DNA of 61,894 bases, the filler included, from Dugesia japonica (Eukaryota), in assembly GCA_001938525.1 (NCBI GenBank). It is 4 parts of 4 records of this genome, joined end to end, with 100 filler letters (N's around TTAATTAATTAA, not from the genome) between each part and the next. Parts side by side here need not be neighbours in the genome. Positions count along the whole stretch, not along the records: positions 24,170 to 42,040 come from MQRL01578089.1; positions 42,141 to 52,303 come from MQRL01381500.1; 2 more parts are not named here. One strand, 5' to 3'. The translations under genes were made by a program, and so were the position numbers. The notes below the pieces were generated by a model. That model was not told the origin of the DNA, ran no database searches, and saw nothing but the letters and a program-made list of their open reading frames with translations. This document shows positions 40,467-51,474 of the stretch, piece after piece; positions within the stretch are counted from its first letter, which is position 1; the number at the start of each line of letters is the position of its first letter.

Positions 40467-41033
40467 ATGACTAAAATAACTGAAATTGAATGAAAAGAAT
40501 TAATAGATTCTAATAAATAAAAATCTGTTTTAATAAATAATGAAAAATATTGGATTGGTAAGAAAATTAAAGAAGCAGTTAAAAATGAAGAAACTGAAGA
40601 AGGAGGAATATTACCATTATTAGCTTTGATTTCTTTTATTGCAAAAGCCGCAGCGGTTGTAGGCGGATTAGGAACAGCAAGCGGGAGGAGTAGCAACAGC
40701 TTTTGCAAAAGCTAGAAAAGTTTCAAATTTAGGTGTAGAAAAACAAAAAGCTCAAGAGGAATTAAGACAATTAAAAGAAGGGGGGAATAAAATTATTCAG
40801 CTATTTAAAGGAAAAGGCATCGTTGAAAGTTATAAAGGTAAAGGAATTTATTTAAATCCTTGTCAAGGAAAAGGAATATATAATTTTCTAATGAATTTGA
40901 TTAATCAATCAAACTTACCCGATTCAGTAAAATCAACAATAAATAAAACAGGTAAAAAATTAAAATTAGGCGGCATGGTTAAAGTAAAAGAATCAAAACA
41001 TAGGTTTTTGGAATATATATGAGACCTTATTAA
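40467..41033 (+). pseudogene. pX-like virion core/membrane-active precursor
   Basis: EGGILPLLALI..AKAAAVVGGLG resembles adenovirus pX GG(F/I)LP. Repeated GKG(I) motifs and a GIYMRPY end. Confidence 0.7.
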
Positions 41034-41051
41034 ATAAATAGATATTTAAAA

Positions 41052-41878
41052 ATGTATGAAAATAGAATTACTTTATTAAAACAATTATTCAAAGAGCAAG
41101 ATAAATATAATAATCAAGAATTATCTGAAAAAAACTGAATCAATCATTTTAAATGATGTTTTAACTCAACAACAAACACCTACATTAAAAGCTTTAGAAA
41201 GAATAGATAAAACATTATTAACAACACAACTTGCTTCAATTGAAAATACTAAACAAACTAAACCAGCTATTAAAGATAAAAAAGGAAAATCAAGAACAGC
41301 AATCATTATTAATTGATTTTGATAATTATAAGCCGGTTGATATGAAACAAGATATTACTAATTCAATAACGAAAACAATTAATCCTACATTTACAATTGA
41401 AAAAATANNNNNNNNTAATTATAGAATTATAACTATTAATGATCATTCCTTTATTCTTTATAAAAGAAACGGAATGTCATATTTTTATTCTAAAACACAT
41501 AACTTAGAAATTATATTTACAAATGATTTAGAGAATTTAATTTTAGGTAAAAACTCAAATAATAAAGATGAAATTAAGAAATATTTAAATTATGCTTTAT
41601 CTAATGACGAACCAATAATTCAAGAAAGAACTGGAATACAGACGAATGTCTTAAGGCAAAGCCTGCGAAGCCCAATAAGTCATTTAAATTCAATTAGTGA
41701 TGAAGATGATGACGAAAATCCTATTAATCTATTTATTGAATTAAATAAATTATTTGCTGCACAAAAAGCTGGACATAATAATGTTTATCTACAAATTAAA
41801 AGTATTCTTAGTAAATTAAGAACTTATCATTTGATTTCAACAGATAAATATAATTATCTTTTAAAGAAAATTAAATAA
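41052..41878 (+). pseudogene. Conserved Maverick ORF (PZ-like C-terminus)
   Basis: Ends NPINLFIELNKLFAAQKAGHNNV..IKSILSKL...LI, matching the Maverick (D/N)P..L..L...AG helix motif. Confidence 0.7.
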
Positions 41879-41909
41879 TAAAAGATTTTCAATTTTTTAA
41901 GCAAATAAA

Positions 41910-42040
41910 ATGGAAAAAGAAATCAAAAAGCTAATTAATTTAATGAGTTCAAAATTCTCAACAACTATCTCTGCACAATCAAAACCATCATAATTTAAAA
42001 AACCATTTAAAATTGATTTTCCTACACCTATAGAATTAAA
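41910..42040 (+). pseudogene. Minor capsid protein N-terminus, truncated by gap
   Basis: Homologous to 11614 onward. Confidence 0.8.
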
Positions 42041-42140
42041 NNNNNNNNNNNNNNNNNNNNNNNNNNNNNNNNNNNNNNNNNNNNTTAATTAATTAANNNN
42101 NNNNNNNNNNNNNNNNNNNNNNNNNNNNNNNNNNNNNNNN
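42041..42140. other. Artificial contig-join linker
   Basis: N-run with TTAATTAATTAA at 42085-42096. Confidence 0.95.
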
Positions 42141-42730
42141 TAATAATAATACTAATAGTTGCAATAGTTGCGTAATCTTTAATAAATCTACGGTAGTAAT
42201 TTGTCAATCCCAAGAAGGTTTGAATTTGGGTTGCACATATTGGAATAACAGCCCATTTTACTTTATTAATAATGTCATCAATTGTTTCAGCACCTTTAGA
42301 ACTGATTGTAGGACCAAGAAATTTTAGTTTTGATACATTAAATATACATTTTCAAGATTTATTTTGAGACCAGATTGTTCAATTAGTTCCAATACATTTT
42401 GTAAATGTTTATCGTGAATTTCTTGTGTCTGACCAAAAATCAAAATGTTACCAAGATAAACCAATATATACCAGTAAATAACATCTTGTTGAAAATTTTA
42501 TACATTAATTCTTGAAATGTTGCAGGAGCGGTGCATAATCCAAACGGCATGTGACTGAAAAAAAATTGTCATATTTTTGTGCTGAAAGCTGTTTTTAATT
42601 TTGACTTCTCAGTTAATTCAATTTGATAATATGCCTGTAAATGTTATGATGCAAAAATATGTTGATGCCAAACTCAAATAGTCATTCAAGCCATACGTGT
42701 GTAATGCAGTTGAATAACTTTCAGATATTA
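42141..42730 (-). mobile_element. Ty3/gypsy RT fragment
   Basis: AYYQIEL, MPFGLCTAPATFQELM, QTFLGLTNYYRRFI. Confidence 0.85.
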
Positions 42731-43759
42731 TTTAGTGACACTACATTTTCTACCAGACATAACATCACCACTATTGTATCCTTGATCAACACATAAATAT
42801 TATTATTTATCACATTACAATTACAATTTATTTCCAAAATCAAACTTTTTTTTCAATTATTTTTGAAAATTTCAATATCGGTAAATATTTTCAAATAATA
42901 AATTGAGCTTAGAAGTGGGGGATCAAAACCTTACCTGGCTACGTCTTTGAATTGTATTCTACAAATTCATATCTCGTCAATATACCAGTCATTTATCGCT
43001 ATCTTTGGATTCTAATAATTTTATTTTCATTTGAGAATGCACTTCATCATGTAAACGATGGATTCGTTTTCTCTTTACGCGGTATATGCGCAATTTGTTG
43101 AATGCTTAATGGAGAATGATTCCAAATAAAATCTCTGAATAATCGATAGTTCTTTAAACTATTAATATCATCTTTTGTTCCACTGCAAAGTTATACTCTT
43201 AATTAAAATAATAATACTAATTAATTTTTTAATAAATTCACTGTACGCGCAAGCTAATTTATGTTCTAGAATATGTTCTAGAATATGTTAAATATTATCA
43301 TAATTAAAGTTTTCAAAATCCATTGTTATTTTATCCATAAATATTAATTTTTTTATTCTTTTTGTTTAATTTATGACATGGAAAAAACAATTGTATTTTG
43401 CGTTAAATAATGCATTCATAATCAAGAAAATTAAACTATACAGTTACAGGATGTTTATTGTTATAAAACATTTATTTTTAAATTAAAATTTCAAATGATA
43501 TTTGTCTTCTATTGTTAAATGAAAAATTTAGCAACGAAATAATAGTCTTTTGTTTATAAGAATACGAATAAACTTTTTTATTCAATTATTTTTATTATAA
43601 TAAAAGAAGGTTTTCATTTCATTTCGAAAGAAATAAATAAAATAGAAAGAATGATAACGGATTTGGGTTTTAATTATTTATTAAAAAACATTATTTTAAC
43701 AAATTTTGATGATCAAAATTTTTTTAAGATTTTATAAATATTGTTTAATTCTAAGGTTC

Positions 43760-44430
43760 CTAGAGACATGTTATAATAAATATGATTTAATCCAGAACAA
43801 AAGAATACTGGATGACAATTTTTGAGAAAAAATACAAAAATTGTTGTGTAACTCAAGAGTTAAAAGAGTGTGTGTATATATGAAAGATAAATACATTGGA
43901 GCGAAGTAGGTGGACCGATGCTGGAAACAAAAAGGCAGAAATTTTAATACATGGTTCTTATAGTATTAATAAGACTAGACGAGTAAACAATACAAAAAGC
44001 CATTTTGGAGAACTGGGTATTGAGATTTAAATGTCCGAGAGAGATAATATTAGATTGGAGAAGCACCTTTAATTCAAGACTTTGGCCAGAATTTCTGAAG
44101 AAGCTGTACATTAAACTCTGTTTCTCTTACTCGATATCGCCACAGTACAAATATACAAATTAAAAGGCAGTTTTGGAAAATTCGAAAGTTGATTAATGTA
44201 ATTTCAAATTAGGCAAAACTTTCTATGGATATAATACCTGCCATGAAAACTACCAAAGAACGAAAACTGTAAAGTGCACAGCGCAATTTGTATTCAAAGA
44301 TCATCATCATATAACTAAAAGAATTCATTACAGACAATATGCAGTACAACATATGTATGAAAAACGCTTATGAAGATTAATATGGAGAAACTTAAAAAGT
44401 TCTTAAAGGAGAGAGTTATAAGATAAGGTA
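43760..44430 (+). mobile_element. Ty3/gypsy integrase fragment
   Basis: WVLRF.CPREI.LD...FNS and FSYSI.PQY...QI.RQF remnants, like the other gypsy copies. Confidence 0.6.
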
Positions 44431-45096
44431 AAATCTTTTTAAAAAGAATTTGAAATTTAAACTTATATAATTATATTAACCAATTATTTTATACTAACTA
44501 GTATTAATTAATTGTATTAACTAATAAATAATTTTAATTAGGAAACTTATTTTAATGTAATATGCTTATATATGTTATATTTTTATAATCTCTTNNNNNN
44601 NNNNNNNNNNNNNNNNNNNNNNNNNNNNNNNNNNNNNNNNNNNNNNNNNNNNNNNNNNNNATCTCAATATTTTATTGAAAATTCTTTATCAAACATGTTA
44701 TGAATTTTCATCAGATAGACGGCTTTCACTCGATACTTAAATATTTCCAGTCAATCTATCAAAAAGTGAAGATAATTAAAAGTTTGCCAATCATAGTCCG
44801 CTCGAAATTTTATGTACTATAAAGGAAGAAGTGGAATTTAAGAATAAAAGCAAAAAAGTTAAATTCATTGTGATAAAACAGATAAGTCCAAATCTAATAG
44901 GAGGAATGGAATTTTAGAATAGAATATAAATGCGGATACTAAATAATAAGATGATTAACAAGTTAAACTTATATTTGTAATAAAATAGCAATATTAAAAA
45001 AATCAAATTCATTTTAATATTTTGAATATTTATTTATAAGTATTCAGTAATTTGAATTTCGATATATTTAAATATTACTATAATTTAAATATATCA

Positions 45097-45117
45097 AGTA
45101 GGTAGATAGTAGCGCAT
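45097..45117 (+). repeat. 21-nt terminus motif (AGTAGGTAGATAGTAGCGCAT)
   Basis: 20/21 identical to 5656-5676; C-rich tract and short direct repeats follow. Confidence 0.65.
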
Positions 45118-45484
45118 ATAAACAATCCCTCCCTCCGCTGGCAAAGTGTTTATAAATTTAGTGTTTAAGACATTGGACCTGTTTATGAATTTAGAGATTT
45201 GACCTTTTACCCATGTGCAAATGTACGCGTTTGACCTTTGGACCTGTTTAAGTATTTCAGGTTTTTATTTTAATTTAATTGTTTGATTTAATTATCATCT
45301 TTTTGTTGAAGAAGTCATATTTAACTACTTACAAATTATAAGAAGATAAAGTTATTTAAAAATAATTCTGAAAAATTATAAGATACATTTATGATGCATA
45401 TGTGGTGCGATTGTTATATTTAACTACTTTTAAATCATAAGTAGATAAATTATTTAAAAATGATTAAAAAAATTTTTAAAAATG

Positions 45485-46314
45485 TGTTGGGATGAAACAC
45501 TTATATAGAGAAGGAAATCGAAGCTAGAGATCGGCATATATAAAGGGGGTAAATCAAAGGAAATCCGTTAGAAACAAATAGCGTTGGAAGAAGTAATATA
45601 AAACCTCAGGTCAACCGACAATCAAACTAACAATGAACATCTACCGAAATAGAAGGAAAAAGATTTTTAATGGACAAATGTAACCTGCATCAAAACAATA
45701 ATTAGAAAATAATATTAAATAATATTAAATACGAGGAAAAGTAAATTTAAAGAAGGATCAATTAAGGATAAATTATTAATTAAATTTGAATGGAAATTAA
45801 AACTAAATTGGACGAAAATCTGTTTTTTGTGAATAACTTCACTCCGTAAAATCAGGAAGAGTTCTGGTAAGAAAATCCAAAAAGAAAATAGTAAGAAGCA
45901 TTGAAATTTGTTAAGAAGAAAATCTTACCACCATCCAGAGGGTCGCTGTAGGGATTTCAAGATTGGGCCAATAAGGAACCTGAAAATAAAAATAAGATAA
46001 AGCACAATCAATCACATGAGGTTTTAAAAATAACCGCTAATTGTAACTCTAAAACAATTTTAGAAAATTGGCACTAGAACCAATAGGAAGACAAAAATTC
46101 CGGTTAAAAATAACCAACGAATATAAACAAAGTTGGGATGTGAAGAAACATCATATACAAGGAAGCATGAAATTAGCAGATCATCACCAAAACACACTAC
46201 TAAATCTCTCGTAAAACTAACAAACAATTCGTTAATTCTCAAAAGAAAAACCCTCGGCAGAATTTTGTTACGATATCAACAAACAGAAATCGACGTGATC
46301 AGTTATCGCGCATC
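45485..46314 (+). mobile_element. Probable short LTR (45485-45632) plus decayed gag/protease remnant
   Basis: TGTTGG...CTAACA ends with internal TATATAAA. Downstream YHHPEGRC knuckle-like and KFRL remnants. Confidence 0.45.
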
Positions 46315-47039
46315 ANNNNNNNNNNNNNNNNNNNNNNNNNNNNNNNNNNNNNNNNNNNNNNNNNNNNNNNNNNNNNNNNNNNNNNNNNNNNNNNNNNNNN
46401 NNNNNNNNNNNNNNNNNNNNNNNNNNNNNNNNNNNNNNNNNNNNNNNNNNNNNNNNNNNNNNNNNNNNNNNNNNNNNNNATGTTATGATAAATTAAAATA
46501 AATTAAATATAATTTTAGCTCTAATTATTAATTTATTAAAAAAAAGAAAAACCTTTTATTAACAGTGAAATGAGTTTTTAATTTTTTTAGTTGTATCAAA
46601 TAGGTTATCTAAGAATCATATGTCCACCACCGGATCTACAAACTGAACGAGTTGGTTGAAGTTAATCCAGGTATGAGCGTGAGTAATTACCCCAAAATTC
46701 CCTATAAATATAAGCAAATAGTCACTCATTATAGTGACTTAAGTTTCCGTTGTGGTTAATTTCGCTATAGTAACCAGGATGAATCAATCGAGGTACAATA
46801 ATTCTTTTTTGCATGCACACATACTGTCCTTTACCTATAGTGTGTAATACTAGTCATTACAGATTTTTTGGTGCTATGCAATTACTCTCCGCAATTATTT
46901 AATTTGCGAACTTCGGTCAAATCATTAAGATTTACAACAAGAATATTATTCTATTATTACGAGGGAAAATACAAAATTCAGCGCAACTCCCAATTTTAAC
47001 AAATTCGAGTAAAAGATAATCGAAAACTGATTACACCGA

Positions 47040-47580
47040 TATAATATCATTATCATCATAAAGGTTGTTGTCACTCTTCCTGTTATTAATATTATCACTA
47101 CTATTATTAATATTGTCATTTTTAGTATTATTAATATTATGACTATTACCGTTATTAGCATCTTCATTATTGATATTCTTGAAAATAGTATTACTGACTT
47201 GTCGTGATAATTGTTATTAGTATTGATGGTATGATTACTATTATTTTTTCTATTGGCACTATGATTATTAATATTGTTATCCTGGTTATAGTTATCCGCA
47301 ATACGACTATCCTTACTAAAATTACTATTAACATGGCTTTCTTTAGTATGGTTCTTGAAGGATATTATCCTAATCATTTTAGTAAAGGATTCTGCCATTA
47401 CTGGTGATGCTAGTAGCTATTATTATACGTTCTAAGATTACTATTTTCATATATTAATACTGTCGATTATTGTTATATGTATTGCAACTATTATTAAATT
47501 TATTATTATGATCAACGCTAGCATTATCCTGATATCATTAATATTGTTATAATGGCGACCGTCAGGTTAGTAATATTGTG
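47040..47580. repeat. Degenerate (ATT/AAT)n low-complexity tract
   Basis: Gives Ile-rich or Asn-rich translations with scattered stops. Confidence 0.7.
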
Positions 47581-47657
47581 CGGTAACAAGAGAAAATTTT
47601 TTTTGTTGTTCAGCCCTGAATTTAATAATTACCATTGACGGTTTAATTCTTTAGTTC

Positions 47658-47840
47658 ATGCCAGTGGAGCTACGCCGTACCCTTCGATGGATAAAACAAC
47701 AGCGTCAAACTGCCCGGTTAAGACAGTTAATAGATCATCTATTGACTAAAGGGAAGATTGAGCATCCAGACGAAACGGATCTGTGTTGCTTTGCAGAAAT
47801 GTTCCCCTTAATAACAGGAGTCGACTTAGACGTGGATTGA
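47658..47840 (+). CDS. Orphan ORF1 of cassette (60 aa)
   Basis: ttctttag|ttcATG; AATAAA at 47868; GC-richer than flanks. Confidence 0.6.
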   Translation: MPVELRRTLRWIKQQRQTARLRQLIDHLLTKGKIEHPDETDLCCFAEMFPLITGVDLDVD

Positions 47841-47965
47841 TTCCTTTTGTTGGTATTACTATCATGAAATAAAATATATGTACAACCTTGTTGGCGTGTT
47901 ATAGCTACTTATATAATTTTTTTTTATATTATTTGTAATAATCATTCTCGTTCTTTAATTAGATA

Positions 47966-48314
47966 ATGGAATCTATATGAGAACGTATAATAGATCGGCG
48001 GACTCATTGCCTGAATTTCCGACGACATCTTAACCCCCACAATTTTGATGTGGGAATCTTGGCCGATAGGTCTAATCTGCCCCCGGTGGAGGCCATCGTA
48101 GCCCGAATACAGGATTTCAGGGAGCGACGTAGCCATCATAATTGGACAGCGCCTGACCGGACCCTTGTCACAACCTTCCAGTATCAACCAGTAGCTCCAG
48201 CATTTGCCATACAGGCACTTATCAATAACTTACTCTGGGGGGGTAAGAGAACCTTTGGGTAGCGAGGATTCAGAGAATTCTGCACCCGCAACTGACTCAG
48301 CAACTACTCCTTAG
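47966..48314 (+). pseudogene. Orphan ORF2 of cassette (early TGA, probable indel in G7 run)
   Basis: ttag|ataATG is in frame with ORF 48050-48262. A shifted frame runs to TAG near 48314; AATAAA at 48339. Confidence 0.55.
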
Positions 48315-48532
48315 GAGTCTAAAATTTTTTTTGGTCATAATAAATATCTTGTTGTCTTCAGATTGTTTTCATCATTTTTTTTTGATTTCGAAATTAACTT
48401 TAGGAGCAAGTTGTAAATGTACTATAATAATGTCAGTCAAAAAGATAGCTATTCACTTTATAACGTTTGATTGGTTTTAAAATTCTTTTAGTGCATTCAT
48501 CGTTAAATCGTTCTACAGCTCCTACCGAATGA

Positions 48533-48850
48533 ATGAGGGAACCCATTCAAGACATAGAGCTTACATGGGACCTATATCGACTGGCAAAACGCCGATGGGA
48601 GGCAGAAATAGCTGTTGCCAACTGTAAGGTGGCTCGCTATAAGAAAAAGTGCATCACTTTTAAAAAGATGGCCGAAGCCTCTCACTTGCAGGAGCAAACT
48701 TGGAAGAGACAAGTTGAATCCTTTGCGGAAGTTATCCGGCCCAGCCATGACCGAGAAAATAAACTGGTGGAGAATTTATTGTTCCTACGAGAGAGAATGC
48801 CTCTCGAACCATTGAAGATCGAGAAGGTCACCCAAACTCACCGGAACTAA
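48533..48850 (+). CDS. Orphan ORF3 of cassette (105 aa, coiled-coil-like)
   Basis: Acceptor ttcttttag ends at 48491; AATAAA at 48873. Confidence 0.65.
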   Translation: MREPIQDIELTWDLYRLAKRRWEAEIAVANCKVARYKKKCITFKKMAEASHLQEQTWKRQVESFAEVIRPSHDRENKLVENLLFLRERMPLEPLKIEKVTQTHRN

Positions 48851-48966
48851 CTCGCGATTATTTTTCGTTGTAAATAAATTTGTCACTTTATCTGTCTTAC
48901 GAGTTTATCTTAATGTTTACTTAAATTCTTGTGCCAAGTTACCATATACTAATCTAATTTCTTTCA

Positions 48967-49350
48967 GTGCCACTAGTCGATTTCCCTAACAGTCTTTGCC
49001 GATGCTATCGTATCCTGCGCCGTCAGTTACTGGAGCGACATTTAAAGAGTAAAGCAGATCAGGCCTTTCTTAAACATTTAGCCCAGCAAAACCAACTAAT
49101 AAAAAGGCTGGATTTAATAGTGAAGAAACAGAGTGACCTAGCATCCCAAACCAAGGCTCTGGAAGCAGAAACAAAGCAACTATTACAAAGGAAAATAGAA
49201 TTTCTAAAACAATACATAGCAGACCTTTCACGCCAGATGGGTCAGCCAACTTGGGTCCAATGGGACGACAATGAAGATGTCACTGTCTTCCATTTTTTAG
49301 TGCCTGACGCAGACCAGTGGTTAGACCCTGGCATGCTAGACGAATTATAA
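48967..49350 (+). CDS. Orphan ORF4 of cassette (127 aa, coiled-coil-like, no own start ATG)
   Basis: Branch-like TACTAAT at 48947, tttctttcag acceptor ending 48967, AATAAA at 49361. Confidence 0.7.
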   Translation: MPLVDFPNSLCRCYRILRRQLLERHLKSKADQAFLKHLAQQNQLIKRLDLIVKKQSDLASQTKALEAETKQLLQRKIEFLKQYIADLSRQMGQPTWVQWDDNEDVTVFHFLVPDADQWLDPGMLDEL

Positions 49351-49436
49351 ATGTCATTTAAATAAATGTTTCGAGTATCCTTAGCTTAAATCTTTTGTGT
49401 AAATTAATGGAAAATAGTGAACTCGAATAAAAAGGC

Positions 49437-49610
49437 TTATGGGCGTGCACCTCCCATTAAGAGAGAGGTCAACCACCATATGACGAATACCTGACGCAGG
49501 GACGTCAGGGTAAATTCTTGAACGGGTTTCTCTGAGGGCTGTTTTACCTCAGCCATCTTTTTCCTACTACCCAACTCAGGTGGAACCCCAACAAATGAAT
49601 TTTTTTCCAT
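49437..49610 (-). CDS. Convergent 57-aa orphan ORF with hydrophobic C-terminus
   Basis: MEKNSFVGVPPELGSRKK...RQVFVIWWLTSLLMGGARP*. It spans the GC-richer block and is below the ORF-track cutoff. Confidence 0.4.
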   Translation of the reverse strand: MEKNSFVGVPPELGSRKKMAEVKQPSEKPVQEFTLTSLRQVFVIWWLTSLLMGGARP

Positions 49611-51217
49611 TCATGTTGCACATGCAGTATTTAATAAAAAATTAACACATATACACATATATTAAAGTACTTTGATATATTTTCATTGACTTATGTCATG
49701 ACATTATGTGTAAGTTTTGTAAATTTTCACTGACTTCTATGCAACTTTTGTAAAATTTCATCGTGTTCAATGTAATTTTTAAAAAAATGTTTTCATTGGT
49801 TTACATAGGAGTTTGAAATTTTTTGGGGACTTCAAAATAATTTATAAAATATTTCATCGACTTCTCTGTAATTTATTAAAAATTGTAATGACTTCTATGT
49901 AATTTTTGAAATATTTTAACGACATAAATGTATTACAATTGAAATATGTATGTAAGATAACAAACAAAAGACAATTATGAGAAAGATATATTTAAAACAT
50001 ATACATGTTTTTTATTAGTCACATAAAATTTCAATCAAAATGTCTTAATTTTTCATTTCTTTATCATTTATGACTTTATTTGACAGACAATCAGTCATTT
50101 TATCATCAACTTTATTCTTATTTGTAGGTGTATCAGGCATTTTCTCATCAATAGGAACATAATTTATGGATGCATCAGGTATTTCTTTATCAATAATATA
50201 TCATTTAGTTGGGTATAACTCATCGGTTTTTCTGTCGATTCATCTACATCACTCATTTCTACATCAATTTGTTGAACATCATATACTATTAATAATTAAT
50301 TAACCAATTAATTATTTATATGTTCAATTATATTGTCTATAATTTTATACAAATGCATTACTAATCAGTTTTTAAGTTTATATCAGTCCTTTGTTTATCT
50401 TACATTTTCCTTGCTTAACATATATGTATGATGCACATATGGATTAATATGTATAACATTTTAATATTCCTCCGGTCGACGTTAATATTATTTTACATGG
50501 ATGAGTATATTTGATGTATTATGTGTATTATATAGGTCTATTGAGTTTATCGAGGATACGTAGTTGTATATAACATGTTTATTCTATATATTTAATTGTA
50601 TGTATGAGGATTATTGTAAGTTCTAATTAGTTCAATTAAGTTATTTATATGCACTTAAGACCTATTAGTTTTCTGTGTATAATACCCATTGGTTCTATGT
50701 GCATTGTTAGATGAGTTTTGAGAACTCGGATTATCAAAAACAAAATTTAACTCCAAAAATTGTATTTCAAATAAAAACTATAACCATCATTATTTGTTTA
50801 ATCAGACAAATTAAAACTTCATGCGCTAATGGGAAATTATTTATCACAAATTTAAAAATTTAGATTTAAAACTTGATTTCAATTAATTTGAAAATTTACA
50901 GAAAATTATTATTTTTTAATGACACATCTTTTTAAAATTTTCATAAAATTTCAAAACAAAAAATGATCATTAGTTATTAATATATCCTTTAAAATTTTCA
51001 TAAAAATAACATAAAATTTTCAAACTAAAATCACCTGCTAGTAAATTATTATTTCAAAATCGTCTGAACTTTCAAAACAAAATTTTCATTTCCAAAAGTT
51101 TTAATTTATTTTAATTTCTTAATTAATTCGTGATTTTGAACTTTTTCTAAAAAATATTTTTTAATAACACAATTTCCAATCAGAGAACAAAAAATTTAAC
51201 TCGCTTCTTAACAACTC

Positions 51218-51390
51218 ACATGTATAATTCCAATTGGTTTCATGTGTATAAAATCCAATTGGTTTTCTGTGTATAAGACCCATTGGTTTATTGTTTATAA
51301 GACCATTGGGTATGTAATGTGTATAAGACCCTGTATAGTTTATTGTGTATAAGATCCATTGATTCACTGTGTATAATACCCATCGGTCTC
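51218..51390. repeat. Minisatellite of about 24 bp
   Basis: tgtgtataagacccattggttt-like units, with related units at 50650-50700. Confidence 0.8.
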
Positions 51391-51474
51391 ATAAGTTAAT
51401 AAGACTTTATTAGGTTTATTGTTTGTATTATATGACTTTATATGTTTTTTTGTTTGTATTTTATAACTCTAGAG

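Larger units (their letters stand above)
36611..42040 (+). mobile_element. Polinton/Maverick (adintovirus-like) fragment, copy B
   Basis: MCP, PLA2, integrase, ATPase, pX-like, conserved ORF and mCP start, compact and intronless. Cut by the contig end. Confidence 0.93.

Noticed and set aside
40448-40708. N-terminal extension of the 209-aa minus ORF
   Set aside because: Antisense shadow of the pX-like gene; the ATPase more plausibly starts at 40447.
45533-45550. TATATAAAGGGGG resembling the adenovirus major late promoter, as a driver of the ORF cassette
   Set aside because: It lies inside a TGTTGG...CTAACA LTR-like unit followed by gag-like remnants, and an N gap separates it from the cassette.
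46946-47407. Asn-rich or Ile-rich proteins
   Set aside because: Low-complexity trinucleotide tract; no frame or strand is clearly favoured.
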